This document shows positions 41,922 through 52,943 of a stretch of 64,000 nt of DNA, one piece after another. Each line of letters starts with the position of its first letter. Position 1 is the stretch's first letter. Source of the DNA: Terriglobia bacterium (GTDB taxonomy: Bacteria; Acidobacteriota; Terriglobia; JAJPHL01; JAPKYU01). The stretch covers positions 1 through 64,000 of the forward strand of contig CBDBKE010000004.1 of assembly GCA_965206645.1 (NCBI GenBank). The letters are read 5' to 3'. The position numbers were made by a program, and so were the translations under genes. The notes below the pieces were generated by a model, which saw only the letters and a list, made by a program, of their open reading frames with translations, did not search any database and was not told where the DNA came from.

Positions 41922-43184
41922 TGACCTGCCCCCGGTTGTTGGTCCACTTTTTATGTTAGTCCATAAGCCGTTGCAGCCGGGTGGAGCGGAGCGGAACCCG
42001 GCGGTAACGGCAAGATTGCTTCCGGGGCTGGCGGCCGGTAGCCCAACGCGCTGTGCGGGCGAACTTTGTTATACTCCCGTCGCCATCCCTCAATCAACAC
42101 CTTCGCTTCCCGCAAGGTGTAGAAGATCTCTCCATTGAGAAACTCGTCTCGAAACTTCCCGTTCAACGATTCTACATACCCGTTTTCCCATGGGCTCCCC
42201 GGCTCGATGAACAAGGTCTTTACCCCTACCCGCTCCAGCCAGTTCCGAACCAACCGTGCTGTGAACTCGGACCCATTGTCCGAGCGAATGTAATCGGGAA
42301 CTCCTCGCTCCACAAACAAGGCTGCCAGCCGTTCCAAGACACTCATCGAATCAGCTCGCCGTCCTACGTCGATCGCCAAACATTCTCGCGTGTACTCATC
42401 CACCACCGTCAACATCTTCAGGGGACGACCGTCCCGGGTTCGATCTGCCACAAAATCGTACGCCCAGACATGATCCCGCCAGCACGGTCTTAACCGAAGA
42501 CACGACCCATCGTTCAACCACAGGCGGCCTTTCCGGGGTTGTTTCTTCGGCACTTTCAGCCCCTCCTGCCTCCAGATTCTCTCCACGCGCTTATGGTTCA
42601 CCCGCCACCCCTCCCGTCGCAACAGCGCCGTGATTCGCCGGTAGCCGTATCGACCGTACTCGCCGGCTAACTGCAGCGTCCGGGTCACCAGTCGCGGTTC
42701 ATCCTGTGGTGTCAAGGTTCGATGCCGCTGGGTGGATCGGTACTGCCTCAGCACTCGACACGCCCGCCGCTCCGACACTCCCAAGGTCTGGCAGACACGC
42801 TCCACTGCCTGCCTCCGTCGGCGCGGGCTCAGAAGTTTCCCGAGGATGCCTCCTTCAGAATCGCTAGGTCCAACGCCTGATCCGCTACCAACTTCTTCAG
42901 TCGGCCATTCTCCCGTTCCAGTTCCTTCAGTCGCCTCACCTGATCAACCCGTAAGCTCCCGTACTCCTTCCGCCATCGATAATATGTCTGCTCTGTGATT
43001 CCCAACTTCCGACAGACCACTCCCGTTGTCTGGCCCTTAGCCAGTTCCACTTCTGCCTCTCGTAGATGTCGGATGATCTGTTCGGCCGTATCCCGCTTCT
43101 TAGCCATCCTTCCCCCTTTTTCAAGTCCAGTTGAAACCCTTTACTCTAACTTATCAACTGGACCGTTTTTGGGGGGGCAGGTCA
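41922..43184 (-). mobile_element. IS3-family element (orfA 42829-43107, orfB ending 41951)
   Basis: TGACCTGCCCCC IRs at both ends; WAYDF, RSDNGSEF; GGAAAC frameshift region. Confidence 0.95.
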
Positions 43185-43331
43185 CCTGTGGGAGGGTAGG
43201 ATTTGGGGATGAGAGGCATGGGTTCAAGATCAGTGGTAGGGTATACTTCTCGAGTGATCAAAGGCGCTGCAACTGGCGTGCCCCAGGGTGTTCCATTCGG
43301 GTGCCCGGACCAGCGTTGAAAGGGGACTCTG

Positions 43332-43565
43332 ATGCCAAAGGCTACCGAGGAGCTGGCTGCACTCGAGGAAGTCGCAGATAAACTTGATCTGATCCTACGA
43401 GTGATGGCCCTACAAGTCGCGGAAGACAAGAGCGTTACCGAAAGGGCCCGTCTTCTGAAGATGGCCGGCGTGGATAACCAGACCATCGCGGAAGTGCTGA
43501 ACACGTCTGTGGGAACAATCCGCGTGTTGACTTCCAACCTCCGCAAGCACAAGACGGCCAAGTGA
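43332..43565 (+). CDS. Small HTH protein 1
   Basis: LLKMAGVDNQTIAEVLNTSVGTIRV; basic tail. Confidence 0.75.
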   Translation: MPKATEELAALEEVADKLDLILRVMALQVAEDKSVTERARLLKMAGVDNQTIAEVLNTSVGTIRVLTSNLRKHKTAK

Positions 43566-43575
43566 GAGCGCAATC

Positions 43576-43833
43576 ATGGTGAACACTGAGCGAACGGAAA
43601 CTCTACTGGCACTTATACTGCTGCAACAAATGAAATCGGCGTCTCAGCAGGACAAGATTGTTCAGCTGAACATAGCAGGATTCTCGAACCTTGAGATCGC
43701 GAACGTCCTGGAGACGACCCCGGCTGTGGTTGCCCAATCGGTCTACACGGGTCGGAAACGCGCTGACGGTAAATCCGGGAAGAGGTCGAAGAAAGCGGCA
43801 AAGAAATCAAAGCGCAAGTCGCGGGGCCGATAG
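43576..43833 (+). CDS. Small HTH protein 2 (paralog of HTH 1)
   Basis: QLNIAGFSNLEIANVLETTPAVVAQ; K/R-rich tail. Confidence 0.75.
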   Translation: MVNTERTETLLALILLQQMKSASQQDKIVQLNIAGFSNLEIANVLETTPAVVAQSVYTGRKRADGKSGKRSKKAAKKSKRKSRGR

Positions 43834-43845
43834 CTGAGGTTTTAC

Positions 43846-44355
43846 ATGCCCGCCATCGGCGACTTCCGAACAACTACATTTGATGTCGGTCGAGTAAAGA
43901 CCTCAGGCCGGAACGTTGGCTCCAACGTTTATTGGAAACTCTATGCCATCGAGAATGTCATAAGAGTCATCATTCATTCCGTTCTGAGTGCCCAAATCGG
44001 TTCCAACTGGTGGTCTACGGCCGTCGATTCACGTATCCAGGGCAAAGTCCAGCGCTTCCGTGCCACCTACGGAGCTAGTCCCTGGCACAGCTCACCTGGG
44101 CAACACGAAATCTACTACCTAGATTTGTCGGATTTAAACGAGATCATGCGAGCTAATAGCAATCTGTTTGCGCCGGTTGTGCCGGACGTGCATCAGTGGA
44201 TTGCCCGCATTGAGCAGGTACGTCTGCCGCGCAACATCGTTGCCCATATGAACTGGCCCCATCAAACGGACCGCCAACGCATCGAGGTCACGTACAAAGA
44301 CGTCCGGGCTCTAGCGAACCAACTCGCGGGATCGTTGGCGCTGTCGATACCTTAG
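43846..44355 (+). CDS. Swt1-like HEPN domain protein (putative RNase)
   Basis: LYAIEN.IR..I...L......WW, YYLDLSDL.EI, RNIVAH (RX4H). Confidence 0.8.
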   Translation: MPAIGDFRTTTFDVGRVKTSGRNVGSNVYWKLYAIENVIRVIIHSVLSAQIGSNWWSTAVDSRIQGKVQRFRATYGASPWHSSPGQHEIYYLDLSDLNEIMRANSNLFAPVVPDVHQWIARIEQVRLPRNIVAHMNWPHQTDRQRIEVTYKDVRALANQLAGSLALSIP

Positions 44356-44469
44356 GGACAGACCGCCATACGAGAGACTGGCCGCTGTGTTATCTGCTTG
44401 TAAAAACTCCGAAGTCAAGGTCCGCAGCAGCCCGCCCAATGGCTCAGGACCGTTTCAGCCCGCTCCGGT

Positions 44470-44626
44470 CTTTGGGCGAACCGCCGCAAGCGGGAACTAC
44501 TGGAGATACTAGATCGGCTCAGCACTTCGATCGAAGAGTTGGACCAGGCCGCGAAACAGGAAGCCGAGGGCCGCGCTGAGGCAGTGTGTTTGATGACCCA
44601 ATCGGGAGTGGGACCGGTCACGGCAC
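44470..44626 (+). pseudogene. IS110-family transposase internal fragment
   Basis: WANRRKRELLEILDRL..IEELD....LMTQSGVGPVTA. Confidence 0.6.
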
Positions 44627-44745
44627 GGTATTGTCAAGTTGAGGCTGACGGCTGTTTTTGATGCTCAGCATGGTGGGTTCGAGACGGGCTGGAGCCCAAT
44701 ATCTTGGGGGTCGATCGCCGAGCTTTTCGTCAACTTGACAATGCC
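44627..44745. mobile_element. IS6-type MITE (119 bp)
   Basis: GGTATTGTCAAGTT ... AACTTGACAATGCC with no transposase. Confidence 0.75.
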
Positions 44746-45094
44746 GTCCAATGACCTCTTCCTTGCATCGATGAGCCTCGGAGAACTGGTGCGCGGCGCC
44801 CACCGTGTGAAGGACAAGGTGAAGAGGGAGCGTTTCAAGAGATGGATCTATCATGATCTGGCCGCCCAATTCCAGGGACGCATCCTTCCTTTCGATCAAG
44901 AGGCGGCGGTGATCTGGGGCGAGATCATGGGCAATGGCGACAGAACCGGCCACCCAAAACCAATGGGCGATGCGCAGATCGCTGCCGTGGCGCGACGGCA
45001 CGATCTGACGTTGGTCACACGCAACACCAGGGATTTTACGGATATGGATGTGGCTCTTATCGATCCATGGAAACCCGGCGCATCTTTGGGGTGA
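44746..45094 (+). pseudogene. vapC: VapC/PIN toxin, 5'-truncated by MITE
   Basis: SLGEL.RG, ILPFD, DAQIAAVARRHDLTLVTRNTRDF. Confidence 0.85.
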
Positions 45095-45177
45095 GGGCAA
45101 TCATTGACCCTCAAGCGCTCCCTCCCGTGGTTTGTTTAAGGCGCGTGGGAGAATGGGCCGACTGATTTGGAAGAACG

Positions 45178-46065
45178 ATGAAACGGGCAAAAAGGAGACA
45201 GACGGCGGTTCTTGCCCTTTCCGTGCTGGCGTTGACGCTAATCGCGCCTTGGGCGCTCGGGCAGGACCCGGACCCGCTCACGGAAATCCGCCGCCGCGCC
45301 GATCAGGGTGACGCCGATGCCCAATTCTTACTCGGCCTCCGGTACGCCAACGGCGAGGGCGTGCCGGAAAACGATGCTGAGGCTGTGAAGTGGTATCGGC
45401 TCGCCGCCGAGCAGGGTCACGCCAATGCCCAGTTCAACCTCGGGGTCATGTACGCCAACGGGCGGGGCGTTCTCAAGGACGAGGCCGAAGCCGTGCGCTG
45501 GTTTCGGCTCGCTGCGGATCAGGGTGACGCCGGTGCGCAGCTCCAACTCGGTCTCATGTACGCCAACGGGTGGGGCGTTCTCAAGGACGATACCGAAGCC
45601 GTGCGCTGGTACCGTCTGGCCGCCGACCAGGGTAACGCCACTGCGCAGTTCAATCTCGGGTTCAAGTACGCCAACGGCGAGGGCGTGCCGGAAAACGATG
45701 CCGAAGCCGTGCGTTGGTACCGTCTGGCCGCCGAGCAGGGTCACGCCGGTGCCCAAAACAACCTCGGTCTCAAGTACGCCAACGGCGAGGGCGTAGCGCA
45801 AGACCTGGCCGAAGCCGTGAAGTGGTATCGGCTCGCCGCCGAGCAGGGGGACGCCATGGGCCAATACGCCCTCGGGGTCATGTACGACTACGGCAAGGGG
45901 TTACCGGATGATTACGTGCTCGCCTATGCCTGGTACAACCTTGCCGCCGCGCAAGGAAACGAGGTGGCTAGGAAGAACAAAGACAATCTCCGGACGCGCA
46001 TGACCCCCGACCAAATCGCGCGGGCGCAAGAACTAAGCGCGACCCTTTTCGACCGCATCAACTAG
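45178..46065 (+). CDS. Secreted Sel1-like repeat protein
   Basis: Signal peptide; six 36-aa repeats AQF.LG..YANG.GV..D..EAV.WYRLAA.QG. Confidence 0.95.
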   Translation: MKRAKRRQTAVLALSVLALTLIAPWALGQDPDPLTEIRRRADQGDADAQFLLGLRYANGEGVPENDAEAVKWYRLAAEQGHANAQFNLGVMYANGRGVLKDEAEAVRWFRLAADQGDAGAQLQLGLMYANGWGVLKDDTEAVRWYRLAADQGNATAQFNLGFKYANGEGVPENDAEAVRWYRLAAEQGHAGAQNNLGLKYANGEGVAQDLAEAVKWYRLAAEQGDAMGQYALGVMYDYGKGLPDDYVLAYAWYNLAAAQGNEVARKNKDNLRTRMTPDQIARAQELSATLFDRIN

Positions 46066-46165
46066 CACTCTGGTTATGTTTTCTCTCAGCTCACTGGGCG
46101 GTGGCTCAAAAAGCAGGTAGCTCCGACGAAAGGGGTTGTCTGAGAGGAACATGGGAGAATAGGGC

Positions 46166-46291
46166 ATGCAGCGTCAACGCGGCGAGTTGGTTCCGATCGG
46201 TGATGCCTTGGCCGATTTGGGCGGTCCGGTGAAAGCGATCCGCGACGCCACGCCCCAGGCGCAGCACCACTTCACCCAGGCCGCGCAATGA
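46166..46291 (+). pseudogene. Probable plasmid RepA N-terminal stub
   Basis: MQRQRGELVPIGDALADL...HHFTQA; repeated at 59954 and related to 51117; family recalled, not searched. Confidence 0.5.
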
Positions 46292-46761
46292 GTGATGATG
46301 AAAAAAAGGCAGCAAGCGAGCTGCAAGTATTCGAGGATTTTATAAGTCGCCCGGGTTTGCCGATTGATCGCCAATCAATCAGGAAATGCGCTCCTCCGGA
46401 GCCCGACATTCTCTGCAAGGTGTCTGGTGAATACGTTGCGTTCGAACTCGCTGAAGTTTGTTCACCAGAAATTCCTAGAGAGATTTCTCATATACCTCCG
46501 ACTGGGGGTGTATCGAATTTTATTCGGTCGGGTGATCCTTTACCTGAAATCGCAAGGAAGAAAATAATAAAATCTAAGAACTACCGGACTGACTATCCAA
46601 TCGAGCTTCTTTTCTACACAGACGGTCGAGTCGTGCAGCCGCCAGATGTGAGTAGATCTTCAATTCAAGATTCATTCAGTAGTGACGCTGGTCGTTTTCG
46701 CAGAGTGTGGTTCATGGGGCAACCTAACGAAACTTGTGAATGTGTTGTTGATGAGACATAG
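46288..46761 (+). CDS. Hypothetical protein, possible restriction-endonuclease-like fold
   Basis: AT-richer ORF with PEPDILC...VAFELAE. Confidence 0.6.
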   Translation: MSDDEKKAASELQVFEDFISRPGLPIDRQSIRKCAPPEPDILCKVSGEYVAFELAEVCSPEIPREISHIPPTGGVSNFIRSGDPLPEIARKKIIKSKNYRTDYPIELLFYTDGRVVQPPDVSRSSIQDSFSSDAGRFRRVWFMGQPNETCECVVDET

Positions 46762-46961
46762 AGTTGATTCTGCATCCCTCGACACCGACCATCTCTCCGT
46801 CATCCGCCCCGGCCCGTCTCGTGGAGGAAAAACATGATGGCACACCAAAAAACCGTTGAACTCGTAGAAGTAGAACATAAGCACGATCCCGTGCTTTGTC
46901 CCAAGTGCGGGGAAAAGGCGCTGAAAACAGCCTGTCCGGTCAAGCCGATGCCAGATCCCCC

Positions 46962-47066
46962 TGACCTGACCGGCCCTTTTTGTACCGAGTGGAAAGAGAG
47001 AGAATCCACTTGAGGAGGCAGTCCGGTCATGCCAACCCGGAATTACACACCAGAGCAGATCGTGCA
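46962..47066 (+). mobile_element. IS3 left-end remnant
   Basis: TGACCTGACCGGCCCTTTTTGTACC followed by an orfA start MPTRNYTPEQIV. Confidence 0.8.
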
Positions 47067-47286
47067 TGACGATCAAAGCAAACGTGACCCAAGAGAAAAC
47101 CGATCCTGAGAACCGAGTGCTCCTTCCGTTCAGGGCATTTCTGCTGGTTTCGCTGTTCTTGGTCGTTGCTCCTGTCTGCGTCGCGCAGCAACGAGAGGCC
47201 GCTATCGAGGTCTTCGTTGTCGGAGGTCCTTATGCTTATGGGAACTTGGTGTTATCCCCTCAATCCACTTCGATATCCCCGCAATG

Positions 47287-48460
47287 TGACCTGACCGGCA
47301 CTTTTTGTACCAAGTGGAAAGAGAGAGAATCCACTTGAGGAGGAAGTGAGGTCATGCCGACAAGGAGTTACAAGCCGGAGCAGATTGTAGCGGTGCTACG
47401 GCAGATAGAAGTGCAGATGGGGAACGGGAAGACTGCGCCCCAAGCCTGCAAAGAAGCTGGAATCCACACCCAAACCTACTACCGGTGGCGGAAGGAATAC
47501 GGCGGGCTGAAGGTGGTGCAGGCAAAACGGCTAAAGGAGTTGGAGAAGGAAAACACGCGGCTGAAGCGGTTGGTAGCGGAGCTTTCTCTGGAGAAGCAGG
47601 TGCTGCGGGATGTGGCACAGGGAAACTTCTGAGCCCTGAGCGGCGGCGTTGTGCGGTGGAGCGTGCGTGGGAGCAACACGGGTTGTCGGAACGGCATGCC
47701 TGCCGGCTGCTGGGGCAATGGCGAGGGACACAACGATACGAGCCGATTCATCGGGTGGACGAGGATGCTCTGACCCGAGTGATCATTGCCCTGGGAGCGA
47801 AGTACGGGCGATATGGCTACCGGAGGATCACAGCGTTGCTGCGGAGTGCGGGCTGGGAAGTGGGCAAGGACCGGGTGCAGCGGATTTGGCGGCGGGAAGG
47901 GCTGAAAGTGCCGCAAAAACAAAGGCCGCGAGGACGGCTGTGGCTGAACGACGGTTCCTGTGTACGACTGAGGCCGGAGCGACCGAACCACGTGTGGAGC
48001 TACGACTTCATGAGTGCCAGAACGCACGAGGGGAGAACGCTGCGGCTGCTGACCTTGCTGGATGAGTACACGCGGGAATGCCTGGCGATCCGGGTGGAGC
48101 GGAGGATGGGCAGCCAACAAATCATTGAGGCGTTGTCGGACGTGATGTTGTGGCGAGGGATACCGGAACAGATTCGATCCGACAATGGTCCCGAGTTCAT
48201 CGCCAAACAACTGCGCCAGTGGTTGGCAAATCTAGGGACCGGGACACTGTACATCGAACCGGGCAGTCCCTGGGAGAACGGGTACTGCGAGAGTTTCAAT
48301 GGGAAGCTGCGGGACGAATGCCTGAATGGAGAGATCTTCTACTCGTTGAAGGAGGCACAGGTGCAATACAACACGGTGATTGAACAGTGGAGAGTGCAAT
48401 ACAACACGGTGCGGCCGCACTCGGCGCTCGGCTATAGGCCCCCGGCGCCGGGGGCCTATA
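47287..48460 (+). mobile_element. IS3-family copy B, ends at palindrome/IS1182 junction
   Basis: orfA 47354-47632; GGGAAAC slippery site; orfB with a 15-bp internal duplication near 48361. Confidence 0.95.
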
Positions 48461-49856
48461 GAGTCTGTGTGAGCAAACCGCTCTTGCGAGTCACGTATAA
48501 TGCGCCTTAAGGGGGCGCGATGAAATTCTTGACCTACAACCCGGAGCAAGCGTATCTGCTACCGCCCAGCGTGCGGGAGGTGCTGGGAGAAGATCACATC
48601 TGTTTTTTTGTGCACCAAGTCGTGGAGCGGCTGGAACTGAGTGCGTTTGAGCAGGGCTACGTGGAAGAAGGCCGCCCGGCCTATCATCCGGCGCTGTTGC
48701 TGAAGGTGTGGCTGTATGCCTACGCGCTGGGCGTGACCTCGGCCCGCCGTCTGGAACAGCGGGTGCGGGAGGACCTGGCGTTCCGTTATCTGGCGGCCGG
48801 AGCGGGGCCGGACTTTTGGACGCTGAACCAGTTTCGGACGCGGCACGCCCGTGCCCTGAACGATCTGTTCACACAGGTGGTGGAGTTGGCGCGGTCGCTG
48901 GGGATGGGGCGGCTGGGACACGTGGCCATGGACTCGACGCGGGTGGCGGCCAACGCCTCGCAGGACCGGGTGGAGACGGTGGCCAAGTTGAGGGCAGAGC
49001 GAGCCAAAATTCGGCGGCAGATTCGTCGCTGGCAGAAACAATGTGACACGCAGTCCTGCGAGGAAGCGGCTGGCCAGCAACTGAGCGGCAAGCAGATGGC
49101 AGCGCTGGAGAAGCGGCTGGAAGAAATCCCGCGATGCCTGGAGCGGTTGCGCAAAAGCGGGCTGAAGCGGCGTTCGGAAACCGATCCCGACAGCCGGTTT
49201 TTGCGCGACCGCAAGGGATTCACGCTGGGTTACACGGCGGAGGTGGCGGTCAGCGAAGATCATCTGATTGTCGAGCAGCACGTGGGGCAAAACGCCACCG
49301 ACAACGCGACGCTGGTCCCTCTGGTGGAGGCGGTCGAGCGGCGCTGCCGGGAACGCCCGCAGAAGGTCAGCGCCGACAGCGGCTTCTTTTGCTTGGAGAC
49401 CATCGTGGAACTGGCCCAGCGTGGCCTGGACGTCTATGTGCCCGACTCGAACTTGGCGCGGGAACTGAACCGAGGCCAACGCGCGCCCGGAGCACCTGCT
49501 GTACGGCATCCGGAACATCGGCGAATGCGACGCAAGCTGCGCGACCCGGCCGGCCGGGCGGTTTATCAGCGGCGCAAGGCGATCGTGGAACCAGTGATCG
49601 GGGTTTTGAAAGAACAGCGTGGAATGCGGCAGTTCCGGCGGCGGGGCCTGGAGAAGGTCGCGGTGGAGTTCGCGCTGGCCGCAACGGCCTTCAACCTCAC
49701 CCGCCTGTGGCGCAACAAACCGAAGCTAAATCAGGAAGGCTAGTTCAGCAGACTCCCGGACCGGCGACTCGGCGAAGATCGAAACACCAGAATTCTGGAG
49801 CGAATCATGATCCCTTTTGATTTCCAGCCAGCTAAACCGAGTTTCCACACAGGCTC
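48461..49856 (+). mobile_element. IS1182-family copy 3 with intact transposase (48520-49743)
   Basis: Uninterrupted 407-aa ORF; same IRs as copies 1 and 2. Confidence 0.95.
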
Positions 49857-51018
49857 TATAGGCCCCCGGCGCCGGGGGCCTATAGCCGAGCGCCGAGTGC
49901 GGCCGCACCGTGTTGTATTGCACCCTCCACTGTTCAATCACCACCTGTGCCTCCTTCAACGAGTAGAAGATCTCTCCATTCAGGCATTCGTCCCGCAGCT
50001 TCCCATTGAAACTCTCGCAGTACCCGTTCTCCCAGGGACTGCCCGGTTCGATGTACAGTGTCCCGGTCCCTAGATTTGCCAACCACTGGCGCAGTTGTTT
50101 GGCGATGAACTCGGGACCATTGTCGGATCGAATCTGTTCCGGTATCCCTCGCCACAACATCACGTCCGACAACGCCTCAATGATTTGTTGGCTGCCCATT
50201 CTCCGCTCCACCCGGATCGCCAGGCATTCCCGCGTGTACTCATCCAGCAAGGTCAGCAGCCGCAGCGTTCTCCCCTCGTGCGTTCTGGCACTCATGAAGT
50301 CGTAGCTCCACACGTGGTTCGGTCGCTCCGGCCTCAGTCGTACACAGGAACCGTCGTTCAGCCACAGCCGTCCTCGCGGCCTTTGTTTTTGCGGCACTTT
50401 CAGCCCTTCCCGCCGCCAAATCCGCTGCACCCGGTCCTTGCCCACTTCCCAGCCCGCACTCCGCAGCAACGCTGTGATCCTCCGGTAGCCATATCGCCCG
50501 TACTTCGCTCCCAGGGCAATGATCGCTCGGGTCAGAGCATCCTCGTCCACCCGATGAATCGGCTCGTATCGTTGTGTCCCTCGCCATTGCCCCAGCAGCC
50601 GGCAGGCATGCCGTTCCGACAACCCGTGTTGCTCCCACGCACGCTCCACCGCACAACGCCGCCGCTCAGGGCTCAGAAGTTTCCCTGTGCCACATCCCGC
50701 AGCACCTGCTTCTCCAGAGAAAGCTCCGCTACCAACCGCTTCAGCCGCGTGTTTTCCTTCTCCAACTCCTTCAGCCGTTTTGCCTGCACCACCTTCAGCC
50801 CGCCGTATTCCTTCCGCCACCGGTAGTAGGTTTGGGTGTGGATTCCAGCTTCTTTGCAGGCTTGGGGCGCAGTCTTCCCGTTCCCCATCTGCACTTCTAT
50901 CTGCCGTAGCACCGCTACAATCTGCTCCGGCTTGTAACTCCTTGTCGGCATGACCTCACTTCCTCCTCAAGTGGATTCTCTCTCTTTCCACTTGGTACAA
51001 AAAGTGCCGGTCAGGTCA
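49857..51018 (-). mobile_element. IS3-family copy C, inverted, ends at palindrome/IS1182 junction
   Basis: Reverse complement of copy B; orfA 50673-50951. Confidence 0.95.
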
Positions 51019-51116
51019 GATGTAGGCGCCACCCAGGGGTTCGAGACAGGAATCGGTTGGCGATTCTGATCGAAGAAGGACGTCACCGTGAGGATCGAAC
51101 AGAGCCAGAGCCAACG

Positions 51117-51290
51117 ATGAAGCGCAAAGACGACGGGTTGACTCTAATCCGTGAAATTTTGAGCGAGCTTCCCGCGCCGGTGAAGCCGGCCGCTAAGCCT
51201 CAAGCGGTTCACCCATTCACGCGCTTCAACCAGGTTAACCAGTTGGTCGGGGCCAGTGAAGCGGACCTGGGTTTCATGGCACGGTTGCAT
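51117..51290 (+). pseudogene. Probable plasmid RepA N-terminal stub
   Basis: HPFTRFNQVNQLVGASEADLGFMAR. Confidence 0.5.
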
Positions 51291-51472
51291 CGGGCATACC
51301 GGAGTCAGGCAAAAGTGCGTCGAACTTGCGCCGTTTCCGCTTGTCCATGAGGCCCGCATCATGAAGATCGGATGCGGTTTCATGGACCGCCCCGAGGGCG
51401 TCACTTCGATACGCCTTGCTCGTCAGGGTGTATACGCGTATAATAGTTTAACGTTTTTATGTTATGCGCTTA

Positions 51473-51645
51473 TTAATACTCCTTAGCCACTAGTTCTGCT
51501 ATCGACGGCAGCCCACGGTCCTTGAATACCCGATCGAGGCCCTCCATCAACAGGGTGTGCATCTTGGTATTTTTTTCAGAGGCCAAGCGGCGCACCTGTT
51601 CATAGACCGGCAACGCGAGATAGGCGGTCTGCTGCTTGATGCCTG
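51473..51645 (-). pseudogene. ParG-like ribbon-helix-helix fragment
   Basis: KQQTAYLALPVYEQVRRLASEKNTKMHTLLMEGLDRVFKDRGLP. Confidence 0.55.
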
Positions 51646-51936
51646 TCTAATGTGGAGCAGGCCGAAAACGGGAATGGTCATTCCGGTCTCTCCCGTGGCC
51701 AAAGCAATGGCAGCCTTTCCATGTGGACGAACCTTCACAGAAGAACGCCAAGCCGGCGAAGACCCATGAGCCGACAAAGCGGCTCGGTGTTGATGTGCTG
51801 GTCTCAGTCCATCGGCGCGTCAAGACAGCGTGTAGCGCCGCACACCACCAGATGTTCGCAGAGCGACGGCACTTAATCGAAGCTCGCATATTCGTAGCTA
51901 GAAAGTGAGATCGGAAGTGGCGGGGACTGCTCCCCC

Positions 51937-52373
51937 GCTGATGCCCGTGTTACCCTGGCGAGGCTTCCTGCTGAAATGAAGCTTGTGGCCCCACGCCGTT
52001 CACTTTGGCAAGAATCCATCCTGCAATTCCTTTCGCGCTGCGTTCCATCCGCCGTGGGATAGCGGTCCGGTTCCAGGTGCCCCGTCCCGGTTGCGATTCC
52101 CCAATCAGGCTTGCCGCCTACGACCGGAGAACGGGTGTGGGGTTGCGCCATTTGCCGCTGGCCTTTGCTGGTTCCGCTTTGTTCCGACGCAAGGCTCGCG
52201 CCAGAACGGTCGCCTCGCCTGGAGGCGTCTGGCACTCGCTCTTGCCCTTGTCGGCCCTGCCCGTCACTGGCTTGGCGGCGCTGTTCCTCCCGTGTCAGGG
52301 TTTGGCCGTTTCCGCCATTTGCGGGTGAGCGGAAACGCTCACAAACCCTTAAACTTTCAGGAGGAAACACATC
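51937..52373 (+). other. Conserved structured leader, copy 2
   Basis: Colinear with 33107-33543. Confidence 0.55.
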
Positions 52374-52622
52374 ATGGCTAACCCCAAACCCATCTCTGAA
52401 GTCCGCATCGGTCGCGTCAAGGCTGCGATTTGGCCGAACGAAACCGAAGGCCGCACGCGGCACAATGTTACCTTCTCCCGTCTCTACAAGGACGGCGATG
52501 AATGGAAGAACACGCAGAGCTTCAGTCGCAACGACCTGTTGCTGCTTGCCAAAGTGGCCGATCAGGCCCACTCGCGTATCTTCGATCTTCAGCAGGCAGA
52601 AGAGCCTCAGGCAGAATCCTAG
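52374..52622 (+). CDS. Small conserved plasmid-type protein, possible ssDNA-binding, copy 2
   Basis: 82 aa, close paralog of 33544-33792; AGGAGG RBS. Confidence 0.8.
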   Translation: MANPKPISEVRIGRVKAAIWPNETEGRTRHNVTFSRLYKDGDEWKNTQSFSRNDLLLLAKVADQAHSRIFDLQQAEEPQAES

Positions 52623-52812
52623 TGCGACGCGCATCAGAGAGCGGCGGGGCAATCCCCCGCCGCGATCCGATCCTTTCGACAAGGAGAATGAACATGAACT
52701 GCATCGTGAGCGAAGTCTCCCAAGCTTTCCTGGCGGCGGCCGAGAAATGACTTGCGCGGTGAACGGTATTACCGTACATTATTATCGTGAGCGTTCGCTC
52801 TGTCCGCCACCG

Positions 52813-52943
52813 GGTACTGTCAAGTTGAGTAGAATCTGCCCGTTTTGCGGAAGGATTCTGCTGGATCAGAGACTGAGAATCAATGACTTAGCGGTGGCGG
52901 CGGGCGGCGAGAATGCCGCCAAACTGCTTAACTTGACAGTACC
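52813..52943. mobile_element. IS6-type MITE (131 bp)
   Basis: IRs GGTACTGTCAAGTT / AACTTGACAGTACC identical to the IS6 at 12904. Confidence 0.85.

Noticed and set aside
45290-45900. 108-bp DNA repeats as an array element
   Set aside because: They are the coding Sel1 repeats.
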